A stretch of DNA of 64,000 bases from Gammaproteobacteria bacterium (GTDB taxonomy: Bacteria > Pseudomonadota > Gammaproteobacteria > JAJFJF01), in the NCBI GenBank assembly GCA_021774255.1, contig JAJFJF010000018.1, positions 17,729 to 81,728 on the forward strand. The letters run 5' to 3'. The notes under the pieces were generated by a model. The model made no database searches. It was not told the DNA's origin and was given only the letters and a program-made list of their open reading frames with translations. Below, in pieces: positions 10,629-19,832 of this stretch (position 1 is the stretch's first letter; every line of letters begins with the position of its first letter). The position numbers were made by a program, and so were the translations under genes.

Positions 10629-10988
10629 TCATTCCACCACCAATTTTCCTCGGTACATTCCCATCTGGCAGGTAAACTCAAATTCACCGCTCTCTTTTAA
10701 TTCCAACACGACCTCTTGCACTTGATGAAGTGGTAACTGCTGGCTAATTTTAAAATATTCAAACACCACTATCTCAGCACAGGGAGTTTCATCTTTTCTT
10801 AAAAACTGCAAATGCAGTGTTTGCCCTTGCTTGGCTTTAATCACCGAGGGTGTGTACACCCCATTTTCAACGACCACGTCTATCGTTTCTTTTTCTGCCA
10901 TCACGGCTTTTGATTTAGAAAATAAAAACCACCATAACACTAACGCAATGAAAAGCAGCCCGACCAAGTTAACCACTATTACCATCAT
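10629..10988 (-). CDS. Membrane-anchored cupredoxin-domain protein (CupA-like copper chaperone)
   Basis: N-terminal [14 protein letters not shown] and [10 protein letters not shown]. Overlaps the copA stop. Confidence 0.85.
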   Translation of the reverse strand: MMVIVVNLVGLLFIALVLWWFLFSKSKAVMAEKETIDVVVENGVYTPSVIKAKQGQTLHLQFLRKDETPCAEIVVFEYFKISQQLPLHQVQEVVLELKESGEFEFTCQMGMYRGKLVVE

Positions 10989-13240
10989 GCTGCCCCCTCT
11001 TGACGCTGCATGTGTTTCGCTGGTGTAAAGCGCCTCAAACGATTCGCGTTACTGACCACTGTTAACGATGATAACGCCATCGCCGCGCCGGCAATCATCG
11101 GGTTAAGCAATAAACCGATGAAAGGATAGAGTACACCGGCTGCAATAGGAATGCCCAGGCTATTGTAAATAAACGCACCGAATAAATTTTGTTTAATATT
11201 ACGTAACGTCGCTTGAGACACGACAATGGCATCCGCGACGCCATGCAGCGAGCTACGCATGAGTGTCACGCCCGCACTTTCCATGGCGATATCCGTACCC
11301 GAACCAATGGCGAAACCCACATCGGCTTGCGTCAGTGCAGGGGCATCATTAATGCCATCGCCTACCATGCCCACGACCTCTTGTTTGGCTTGCAGTGCTT
11401 TGACGTGGTCAGCTTTGCCTTCCGGCAACACACCCGCAATCACTTGTTCAATCCCGACTTGCTTCGCCACCGCACGTGCGGTGGTTGCCTGATCGCCTGT
11501 GATCATCAATACGTTTAATCCCAGGGCTTGTAATCGTGCGACAGCGGCCGCAGCATCTTCTTTAATGGGATCGGCCACGGTGATTAAACCGGCTAGTTCA
11601 TCCTCCACGGCAACGTAAATGAGAGTTTGACCTTGGCGTGCTGCTTTTTGTGCTTCACGTTTTAAGGATGCCACATCAATTTCATTCGCTGCCAGCCAGC
11701 TTTGATTACCTAGCCTCACTGTCTTTTTATTTATTTGCGCTTGCACGCCTTTACCCACGGTCGCATTAAATTCACTCATGGGTTGCAAATCGATTAACTT
11801 TTCTTGTGCCGCTTTCACAATGGCTTCGCCTAAAGGATGTTCTGCACCTTGTTCTACGCTGGCCGCCCACTGCAATAACGACGCTTCCTCCCAATTACCT
11901 AATGGATAAATACCGGTCACGGCCGGTTTGCCTTCCGTAATGGTGCCCGTTTTATCCAGTACTATTGTGCTTAAATGACTTGCTTGCTGTAACGCATCAC
12001 CATCACGGATCAAGACGCCCGACTCGGCCGCTTTCCCCATGCCGACAATCACTGAAATCGGCGCAGCCAATCCCAAGGCACAAGGGCAAGCGATCACCAG
12101 CACCGTGACGGCGGTGACTAACATAAAGCCTATTTTTGGCACAGGCCCCACATTAAACCAGACCATCGCCGTGATAATACTTGCTACTAAAACGACCGGC
12201 ACAAATACCGCAGAGACGTTATCCACCAACTTTGCAATCGGCGGTTTGCTATTTTGCGCTTGCTGCACCATATTAATAATATGTGCTAACGCCGTGTCTT
12301 TTCCGATGCGCTGTGCTTTGAATAAAAACGTGCCGGTTTTATTGAGTGTGCTACCGACAACCAATGCGCCTACTTTTTTTTCAACAGGCATCGGCTCACC
12401 TGTTAACATGGATTCATCTACCCACGAGCCACCATCGATCACTTCGCCATCGACCGCAATTTTTTCACCCGGGCGCACACGCACAATATCACCGAGCACA
12501 ACCGCTTCAATGGGGATATCCACATCTTTACCGTCACGCACGACACGTGCTGTTTTGGCTTGCAAGCCGATTAAACGTTGAATGGCTTCGGATGTTTTGC
12601 CACGCGCGCGTATTTCTAGTGCCGCGCCCAAATCAACCAAGGCAAGAATGATGAGCGAGGCTTCAAAATAAACATGTTGGGCCAAACCTGGCACGACTTG
12701 TGGGAATAAAATAACAAAAAAAGAAAAGGCCCAAGCGGCGCCTGTGCCCAATGCGACCAAGGTATCCATTGTCGCACCATGTGCGACGCATGCTTTCCAT
12801 GCATTGCGGTAGATATGCCCACCGGCATACACCATTAACACCAGCGTGATGGTGCCAATAAACGCAAAGATAGCTTGCCCACTGCGCGTGTTTAACGTCG
12901 GCAGCCACCCCATCATATCCAGCAGCATCAATACTGCGCCGGCACTGCCCGCTACCCAAAAACGTTGAAACAAGCTTCGCGCATGTGCTGCTTGCTCTTT
13001 GCTCTCGTTGCTTTCTGCTTCTTCGGGTGGACCTGTCATTAAGGTCGCATCATAACCTGCCCGCTGTACCGCCTTGATCAACACCTGAGGAGTAACGTCA
13101 CCTGTCACCATAGCCGTACGCTGCGCAAAATTAACCGTCGCTTGTTTCACGCCCGATACGGCTGAAAGCGCTGTTTCGATACTCTTAACGCATCCAGCAC
13201 AACGCATATTGACTAATTTTAATGTAAGCGTTTGCTGCAC
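10985..13240 (-). CDS. copA: Copper-translocating P1B-type ATPase
   Basis: MRCAGC heavy-metal-binding domain, [30 protein letters not shown] and MALSS motifs. Confidence 0.93.
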   Translation of the reverse strand: MQQTLTLKLVNMRCAGCVKSIETALSAVSGVKQATVNFAQRTAMVTGDVTPQVLIKAVQRAGYDATLMTGPPEEAESNESKEQAAHARSLFQRFWVAGSAGAVLMLLDMMGWLPTLNTRSGQAIFAFIGTITLVLMVYAGGHIYRNAWKACVAHGATMDTLVALGTGAAWAFSFFVILFPQVVPGLAQHVYFEASLIILALVDLGAALEIRARGKTSEAIQRLIGLQAKTARVVRDGKDVDIPIEAVVLGDIVRVRPGEKIAVDGEVIDGGSWVDESMLTGEPMPVEKKVGALVVGSTLNKTGTFLFKAQRIGKDTALAHIINMVQQAQNSKPPIAKLVDNVSAVFVPVVLVASIITAMVWFNVGPVPKIGFMLVTAVTVLVIACPCALGLAAPISVIVGMGKAAESGVLIRDGDALQQASHLSTIVLDKTGTITEGKPAVTGIYPLGNWEEASLLQWAASVEQGAEHPLGEAIVKAAQEKLIDLQPMSEFNATVGKGVQAQINKKTVRLGNQSWLAANEIDVASLKREAQKAARQGQTLIYVAVEDELAGLITVADPIKEDAAAAVARLQALGLNVLMITGDQATTARAVAKQVGIEQVIAGVLPEGKADHVKALQAKQEVVGMVGDGINDAPALTQADVGFAIGSGTDIAMESAGVTLMRSSLHGVADAIVVSQATLRNIKQNLFGAFIYNSLGIPIAAGVLYPFIGLLLNPMIAGAAMALSSLTVVSNANRLRRFTPAKHMQRQEGAA

Positions 13241-13379
13241 TTTCTACCTAATCGTTAAATCAAATCATGCTGTTCTTGTATCTTGAAGAATAACCGCTCT
13301 TTTGATGACAAACAATCTCATGCATGGCGATTTTGAGCATTAACACATTAACCGGACACAGGATTTTCCTGATTTATTT

Positions 13380-14171
13380 TTAATCAAAGAAAGCCATTCT
13401 AAGCGCAACAGAAGCTAATAATGTTCCAAATATTTTTTTCAATACCGCGGGGGAAAAATGCTGCGACCAACGCGCTATGAGAGAAACCGCAATAACACTT
13501 GCTATGCTCGCCACCACAAAAGCAGGCAAAAACAGATAACCCACACTGCCTGTGGGCACTAGCCCTTCACTGGGAGCGACGGTGAACACAAAAATAAGGG
13601 TAACGATTAAGGCTGACACCCAGCCGACCATGGTGGCGATCGCCACCCCTTCCCGCATGGGGATCTGGCAGTAACGAAACATGACCAATAGAAATAAAGC
13701 GGCGCTTACGCCGACAACCGCACCGAGCATCCCGGTAATCATTCCCCAAACGAGCATCCAGGGGAGAGCTGGGAACGGTGCCTGCTTTCTGAACTTTCCA
13801 GAAAATAAGATGTCCCCTGCGGTCAGGATTAAAACAAAAGCAACGATCTTGCTCAAAAGCGCAGCCGGTAGGTGTAAGGAAAGCAGGGCACCCAGCACCC
13901 CGCCTAACACCACCCCCGGGGCGAGGGAGTAAAACAATGGCCACCGTATCATGCCATTACGGAGAAACACGATGGAAGCGGAGCCTGAAGCGACAACAAC
14001 ACACGCGAGTGATGTTGTGATCGCCATATGCAAGACAAGCGCTTGCGGGAAACCTTGCCAGGAAAACGCTAATAAAAATCCTGGCATTAAAACAACGCCG
14101 CCTAGCCCTAATAGCCCCGCTAACACGCCGGCTACGCTACCTAGCAAGAGATAAACAAGATATTCAATCAT
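13380..14171 (-). CDS. TauE/SafE (TSUP) family membrane transporter
   Basis: 263 aa, about 8 TM. AGVLAGLLGLGG, A..TSLA and GSVGYLFLP motifs. Confidence 0.8.
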   Translation of the reverse strand: MIEYLVYLLLGSVAGVLAGLLGLGGVVLMPGFLLAFSWQGFPQALVLHMAITTSLACVVVASGSASIVFLRNGMIRWPLFYSLAPGVVLGGVLGALLSLHLPAALLSKIVAFVLILTAGDILFSGKFRKQAPFPALPWMLVWGMITGMLGAVVGVSAALFLLVMFRYCQIPMREGVAIATMVGWVSALIVTLIFVFTVAPSEGLVPTGSVGYLFLPAFVVASIASVIAVSLIARWSQHFSPAVLKKIFGTLLASVALRMAFFD

Positions 14172-14383
14172 ATTGTATTCACAACTGCCTGATACTGCTT
14201 TGAGGAGGTAAGAAAATGCCCATCATTCCTACCAAAATATTACAAGTTTACACTATTTAACTTCTGCAAAGCAGTTTTTGTGATTTTAGTCAGCAGAAAT
14301 CTAGTTTTTTGATAACGCTAATCAGTAAGGAAGGTGTCTCATATTTTGTTATAATAAGTAGCTGCACGGTAGAAACTAAATTT

Positions 14384-15355
14384 ATGTTGTTCAAAACCTC
14401 TCGAAAAGATACTACTTCCTCATCCACGCCTGGCTTTTTTGCCCGCCTGAAGCAGGGCCTGCAACGCACCCGCGGTCAGCTCTCTGAAGGTATTGCGACA
14501 CTGACGCAAGGCAAGAAAGAAATCGATGAGGCGTTGCTGGAAGATCTCGAAACAACATTGCTCCAAGCCGACTTAGGCGTGGAAGCAACGGAAAGCATTA
14601 TTGCGCACCTCACCGCCCGTGTCTCGCGCCAGGAATTGAACGATCCTGAAGCGTTGGTGGCGGCGCTTAAAACCGAGCTGGCAGGGATGCTCGCAAAAAG
14701 TGAGCAAGCGCTTACTATCAATACAAACAAGAAGCCATATGTTATTCTGATGGTAGGCATCAATGGTGCGGGCAAAACCACGACCATTGGTAAGCTCGCC
14801 AAACAGCTCCAGCAGGCTGGCCACCACGTCATGCTGGCCGCCGGTGATACCTTCCGCGCTGCCGCGATCAGTCAGCTTCAAGTGTGGGGGCAACGCAATG
14901 ATATTCCCGTCATTGCTCAGCAGCCCGGCAGTGACAGCGCCGCGGCTATCTTCGATGCCCTGCAGGCAGCAAAAGCACGTGGCATCGATGTGTTGCTTGC
15001 CGATACCGCCGGCCGATTACACACCCAAGACAATCTCATGGAAGAGTTAAAAAAGGTCAAACGTGTACTCGCCAAATTAGACCCCGATGCACCCCATGAA
15101 GTGATGCTGGTACTGGACGCCGGGATCGGTCAAAATGCACTCACACAAGTTGAGCAATTTCACCAAGCGCTCACCCTCACCGGGTTAACGGTGACAAAGC
15201 TGGATGGCACCGCCAAAGGCGGTATTTTATTTGCCATTGCCAAGCGCTTTGGCTTGCCTATCCGCTTTATCGGTGTCGGTGAAGGGATTGATGATTTGCG
15301 CGCGTTTGACGCACAGGCTTTTGTGGACGCACTGTTTGAACATAACAAAACATGA
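14384..15355 (+). CDS. ftsY: SRP receptor FtsY (short form, no long acidic A domain)
   Basis: GINGAGKTTT, DTFRAAA, DTAGR and TKLDGTAKGG. ATG at 14384. Confidence 0.96.
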   Translation: MLFKTSRKDTTSSSTPGFFARLKQGLQRTRGQLSEGIATLTQGKKEIDEALLEDLETTLLQADLGVEATESIIAHLTARVSRQELNDPEALVAALKTELAGMLAKSEQALTINTNKKPYVILMVGINGAGKTTTIGKLAKQLQQAGHHVMLAAGDTFRAAAISQLQVWGQRNDIPVIAQQPGSDSAAAIFDALQAAKARGIDVLLADTAGRLHTQDNLMEELKKVKRVLAKLDPDAPHEVMLVLDAGIGQNALTQVEQFHQALTLTGLTVTKLDGTAKGGILFAIAKRFGLPIRFIGVGEGIDDLRAFDAQAFVDALFEHNKT

Positions 15356-16026
15356 TTGAATTTCAACAAGTCAGTAAAACGTATGCCCACGGCTATCAGG
15401 CACTGCGCCGCGTGAGCTTTCAGGTCTTGCCGGGTGAAATGGTTTTCCTCACGGGGCATTCGGGCGCTGGCAAAAGTACCTTGTTGAAACTCATTAGTTT
15501 GGTGGAGCGCTGCGACAGCGGCAAAGTGATTGTAAACGGCCAAGATTTAAGCCGCCTGCCCAAACGGCAGGTCCCATACCTGCGCCGCAACATTGGCATG
15601 ATTTTCCAAAATCACCGCTTACTGATGGACCGCACTGTCTTTGATAATGTCGCGTTACCCCTAGTACTGGCAGGCACACCGCATGTGAAAGTACGCCGCC
15701 GCGTGCAAGCGGCGCTCGATAAAGTGGGTTTATTAGACAAAGCCGCGCGATTGCCTTTGATGCTCTCTGGCGGTGAACAACAACGTGTGGGCATTGCGCG
15801 TGCCATCGTCAATCGCCCGCCGCTGGTGATTGCTGACGAGCCCACTGGTAACTTAGATCCTGAATTATCGGCTGAGATCATGAAGCTGTTTCAGGCGTTT
15901 AATCAGATCGGTGTCAGTATTTTAATCGCCACGCACGCCCTCTCGCTGGTGGCACGCATGAAAAACCGCATGCTAGAACTCCAACAAGGTCGCTTAGTGG
16001 GCGATAATGCCATGCTGCTGTCATGA
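15352..16026 (+). CDS. ftsE: Cell division ABC ATPase FtsE
   Basis: [17 protein letters not shown] and DEPTGNLD. Conserved ftsY-ftsE-ftsX order. Confidence 0.95.
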   Translation: MIEFQQVSKTYAHGYQALRRVSFQVLPGEMVFLTGHSGAGKSTLLKLISLVERCDSGKVIVNGQDLSRLPKRQVPYLRRNIGMIFQNHRLLMDRTVFDNVALPLVLAGTPHVKVRRRVQAALDKVGLLDKAARLPLMLSGGEQQRVGIARAIVNRPPLVIADEPTGNLDPELSAEIMKLFQAFNQIGVSILIATHALSLVARMKNRMLELQQGRLVGDNAMLLS

Positions 16027-17027
16027 AGAAACGATCACACAAAAATAGGCGCACGCAAACCCAAAAAGTAACGCGCCCGTCTGCTCCCGCCAAAAAGCAA
16101 GACATCCCCTCGCGCTGGCCACGCCTCTCTGCTTACGGCCGCCATCATCTGCGTGCTTGCGTCACCAGCTTTGGCCAGTTGATGCGATCCCCTTTTGCGA
16201 ATATTTTAACGCTTGCGGTCATGGCCATTGCGTTGGCACAGCCCAGTGGTTTATATGTTGCGCTTAAAAATATCGATGTGCTCACGGCCAGCTGGGATGA
16301 AGCGGCCCAAATTTCATTATTTTTAAAGCGTGATGCGGCGAATGCCAATACGCTCATGACGGCGCTTGAAGCGATCCCTGGCGTGGCCACGGCCCTTCAG
16401 ATCAGCCCCGATGAAGCCATGGCAGAGCTTGAAGACACCACCGGTTTTGGCGGCTTATTGGCGCTGCTGCCTGAAAACCCGCTGCCGACGGTGATCGTCG
16501 TCACCCCTGCTGCGACGGTGAATACCCCTGACGCCATTAGCGCGCTCGTGGATACACTCGCGGTGCTGCCGGGTGTCGAACAAGCACAGCTTGATCAAGA
16601 ATGGCTGAACCGTTTATTTAGTTTATTGCATTTAGGGCACCAAGCCGTGTGGTTACTCGGTCTGCTACTCGGGATCGCTGTGTTGCTTGTCGTCGGCAAT
16701 ACCATTCGCTTACTCATCGCGCGCCATCAGGAAGAAATTCAAATCATGAAATTGGTGGGCGGCACCTCGGCGTTTATCCGCCGTCCGTTTTTATATATGG
16801 GCGCGTGGTATGGTTTGTTAGGCGGTTTATGTGCGTGGCTATTAGTCGCCATTTCACTGTATTGGCTGCAAGGGCCCGTCGATAAACTTGCCACACTTTA
16901 TCACACACAATTTCACTTAGATGGCCTCGGTATCGTGGGTGGTGCGCGCTTATTGCTCATCAGCGTTGCCCTTGGCATGCTCGGCGCCCGCCTGGCCATC
17001 GGCCGTCATTTGGCGAAGGGTCAATAG
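16023..17027 (+). CDS. ftsX: Cell division permease FtsX
   Basis: ENPLP, NTIRL....EEIQIMKLVGGT.AFIRRPFLY motifs. Confidence 0.93.
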   Translation: MKKRSHKNRRTQTQKVTRPSAPAKKQDIPSRWPRLSAYGRHHLRACVTSFGQLMRSPFANILTLAVMAIALAQPSGLYVALKNIDVLTASWDEAAQISLFLKRDAANANTLMTALEAIPGVATALQISPDEAMAELEDTTGFGGLLALLPENPLPTVIVVTPAATVNTPDAISALVDTLAVLPGVEQAQLDQEWLNRLFSLLHLGHQAVWLLGLLLGIAVLLVVGNTIRLLIARHQEEIQIMKLVGGTSAFIRRPFLYMGAWYGLLGGLCAWLLVAISLYWLQGPVDKLATLYHTQFHLDGLGIVGGARLLLISVALGMLGARLAIGRHLAKGQ

Positions 17028-17079
17028 GGCCACCACCGGCGTGGCTGCCCGGGCGACAACTTCGGTGCCGCTCCTACAA
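17025..17079. repeat. Degenerate GTAG-type REP-like doublet
   Basis: tagggcc...gtggctgcccgggcgacaac...cctacaa aligns with the copy at 44114-44170. Confidence 0.5.
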
Positions 17080-17145
17080 GCACCTCCACACACTATTACG
17101 TCAACATATACCTTTACAAATCCATTAGGCTTGTCAATGTATGTG

Positions 17146-17151
17146 TTGACA
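17146..17151 (+). promoter_or_regulatory. Candidate sigma70 -35 box of rpoH
   Basis: Perfect TTGACA placed so that the -10 region would overlap the CIRCE left arm. Confidence 0.5.
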
Positions 17152-17169
17152 AGTCTCGACTAAAGGCCA

Positions 17170-17196
17170 TTAGCACTCTCTTTTTAAGAGTGCTAA
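17170..17196 (+). promoter_or_regulatory. CIRCE element (HrcA operator) upstream of rpoH
   Basis: Exact consensus TTAGCACTC-tctttttaa-GAGTGCTAA (N9 spacer). Confidence 0.95.
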
Positions 17197-17229
17197 AATA
17201 AAAGAGTAAAAACTTCATTTGGAGTGTTA

Positions 17230-18096
17230 ATGTCAACACAGCTACTGCCACTTAATATGAGTCTGCCGATCGGCAGCTTAGAGGCTTACGTCCAGCGGGT
17301 AAATCAAATCCCCATGCTGAGCGCAGAGCAAGAGCAGTCGCTTGCCATTAATTTACAAGAAAACAATGACTTAGAAGCTGCCCAGCAATTGATTTTGCCG
17401 CACCTACGCTATGTGGTGCGCGTGGCCCGCGGTTACGCTGGCTACGGCCTGCCTCAGGCAGACCTCATCCAAGAAGGCAATATTGGCCTGATGAAGGCGG
17501 TGAAACGCTTTGACCCCAGCTTGGGCGTGCGTCTGGTGTCTTTTGCGGTGCACTGGATCAAAGCAGAAATCCACGATTACGTACTCCGTAACTGGCGAAT
17601 TGTGAAAGTGGCCACCACCAAAGCCCAACGTAAGCTCTTTTTTAAGCTCCGCAGCGCTAAAAAGCGCCTCGGCTGGTGCACAAAAGAAGAAATTTCGAGT
17701 GTTGCCAACGACTTAGGCGTCACCCCCCGAGACGTGGTCGAAATGGAGGCACGCTTAAACGCCCATGACACGCCTTTTGACCCGGTTGATGCCACCCACG
17801 ATGATTCACAGCGCCTACCGGCGCCGGCTGAGTATTTAGATAGCCCACACGCGGGCCCCGCCGAGCTTTTTGAGGCTGGCCGCGACCAATCGCAACAACA
17901 AGCCACGCTGCACACGGCCTTAGCCACCCTCGACCCGCGCAGCCAAGACATCCTCGCCAAGCGATGGCTAACCGATGACAAGGCCACCCTCCAGGAGCTG
18001 GCTGCCACCTACCAGATCTCTGCTGAGCGCGTGCGCCAACTTGAAAGTAACGCCATCAAAAAACTCAAATCGGCTTTTAGCGCGCCCGCCGCATAA
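17230..18096 (+). CDS. rpoH: RNA polymerase sigma-32 factor
   Basis: RpoH box [17 protein letters not shown] and [14 protein letters not shown]. Follows ftsX. Confidence 0.96.
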   Translation: MSTQLLPLNMSLPIGSLEAYVQRVNQIPMLSAEQEQSLAINLQENNDLEAAQQLILPHLRYVVRVARGYAGYGLPQADLIQEGNIGLMKAVKRFDPSLGVRLVSFAVHWIKAEIHDYVLRNWRIVKVATTKAQRKLFFKLRSAKKRLGWCTKEEISSVANDLGVTPRDVVEMEARLNAHDTPFDPVDATHDDSQRLPAPAEYLDSPHAGPAELFEAGRDQSQQQATLHTALATLDPRSQDILAKRWLTDDKATLQELAATYQISAERVRQLESNAIKKLKSAFSAPAA

Positions 18097-18392
18097 CTTC
18101 TACCCGCTGCTTTATCGTTGAGGTGGCCTCACTCCCGGCGACACATTGATATCGCGGTATACCTATATATAAGGTAAGCCCCCTGCACGGATAAAGAATT
18201 TTCCTTAAAAACTTGCAAAACAGTAAATCTCTTACTAGACTCAAGTCGTATCTTGTTGTTAGGGGGAGAAAGATTCACCCCCGGTATCAAGAGTAGGCTT
18301 CGAAGTAGGAAGCCTATAATTGATTAAAGATGCGCATAACAAGGAGGGTATCAGTTGGTACCCATGTTAATTAAAATCTAAGGAGAGATAAA

Positions 18393-18899
18393 ATGCGTAA
18401 ATTAATCGTAAGCGCTTTCGCTGCAGCTGCTTTATTGGGTTCTGGTTTTGTTGCTGCTGATGACAGTGGTAACTACTATGGTAAAGCAATCATCAAAATG
18501 AAAGCTGAAGTAAAAGAACGTTGTAACTTCACAAAAGGTAGCATGCACCAAAAAATCGATTTTGGTAAATATGACTATAAACACGGTAACTGGGCTGAGC
18601 GTGACATCACTGTAAGATGTAAAGCTCAAAAACGTCGTCACGGCGCTAGCTTCACCATCAAATCTGGTTCTTTGTTTGAAAAAGAAGGCCGCGTTGCTTT
18701 AAAACAGAAACACGGGCACCGTAAATTAGCTCTTAACCTTTTTTGTGATCTTCAAACTTTCAACCCAGGTACACTCCGTACTGAAACTACCGGCATGAAT
18801 GGTAAAAAAACATTGACTTTAGGTTTTGATTTACTGAAAGGTCAACACGTAGCTGCTGGTGAGTACGAAGGTAAAGTGCTTGTAAGCTTTGCTCACTAA
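18393..18899 (+). CDS. Archaic chaperone-usher (Csu / spore-coat-U-like) major pilin
   Basis: Signal peptide, C..IDFG.Y..I.V.C pattern and C-terminal AGEYEG.V.V. Strong AAGGAGA RBS. First gene of a chaperone-usher operon. Confidence 0.7.
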   Translation: MRKLIVSAFAAAALLGSGFVAADDSGNYYGKAIIKMKAEVKERCNFTKGSMHQKIDFGKYDYKHGNWAERDITVRCKAQKRRHGASFTIKSGSLFEKEGRVALKQKHGHRKLALNLFCDLQTFNPGTLRTETTGMNGKKTLTLGFDLLKGQHVAAGEYEGKVLVSFAH

Positions 18900-18920
18900 A
18901 AACAATGAAGGAAAAAGTAT

Positions 18921-19685
18921 ATGGATAAAACAAAACATGTTTCTTTAAGTCTTACCGGTCTTGTTTTATCTGCACTTTTGTCCCCTGCTTGTCTGCAAGC
19001 AGGGGATTTTTCTATTAGCCCTCTAAAAATTGAACTGTCTGCAAGCGCCCCTTTTAGCACCTTTGAAGTGACCAACGAAGAAGAAAATGAAATTTTACTC
19101 ATGGAGTTGGAGCTTGCCAAGTGGGATGTGCTCAACGGCACGGATGTATTTTCAGAGTCAAACGAAATGCTTATCCTGCCACCTGTTTTTAGAGTAGAGC
19201 CTGGCGAAAGCCAAATCGTGCGCGTGGGCCTACCTTCTACCACCGCGCTAACTCCTGGCACAGAAGCAAGTTACCGCGTTGTGATCACCAATATCGACTC
19301 AGAAGCAGCTGATCCTGATGCTGATAGCAATGAAGATGCCGCCGGCCTACAAATGGCTATTTCCGTCAGTATTCCACTTTTTGTATTGCCTAATGAGCCT
19401 GTGCGCTCAGCACGCTGGGCATTACGCCAAGTCAGCGACAACACCATTGAAATCGATGCAACCAATACAGGCAATGTGCACCTTGATATACGTGAACTTC
19501 TGCTAACTGCTCCCAATCAAGATGATCCTGTACTGGATGAGCCTACTGTTACCTACTTATTTCCAGAGGCCACCTACACGTGGACCTTCGAAACCCAAAC
19601 GCCCCTTAATCTCAAAGGCAAACAAGCAACCTTATCTGCCTGGGTTAACCAAGATGACATGACCTTGGAGCTGCCTGTTTCCTAA
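18921..19685 (+). CDS. Periplasmic pilus chaperone (CsuC/PapD-like)
   Basis: FSISP, PPVFRVEPGESQIVRV, E.SYRV, SIPLFV.P and N.GNVH motifs. Confidence 0.88.
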   Translation: MDKTKHVSLSLTGLVLSALLSPACLQAGDFSISPLKIELSASAPFSTFEVTNEEENEILLMELELAKWDVLNGTDVFSESNEMLILPPVFRVEPGESQIVRVGLPSTTALTPGTEASYRVVITNIDSEAADPDADSNEDAAGLQMAISVSIPLFVLPNEPVRSARWALRQVSDNTIEIDATNTGNVHLDIRELLLTAPNQDDPVLDEPTVTYLFPEATYTWTFETQTPLNLKGKQATLSAWVNQDDMTLELPVS

Positions 19686-19832
19686 CATGCGCAGCAATAG
19701 CATTGTTAATAAGGTGCGTTGACCGATGCAGCCCAAGACCAAAACTAAGTTAGTTAATAGCCACTATCGCTACCCCTTTTAAGCTCGTATAATACGCTAA
19801 CGCGGCTTCAAGCCAGGTAGGGCTCGTTTTAC

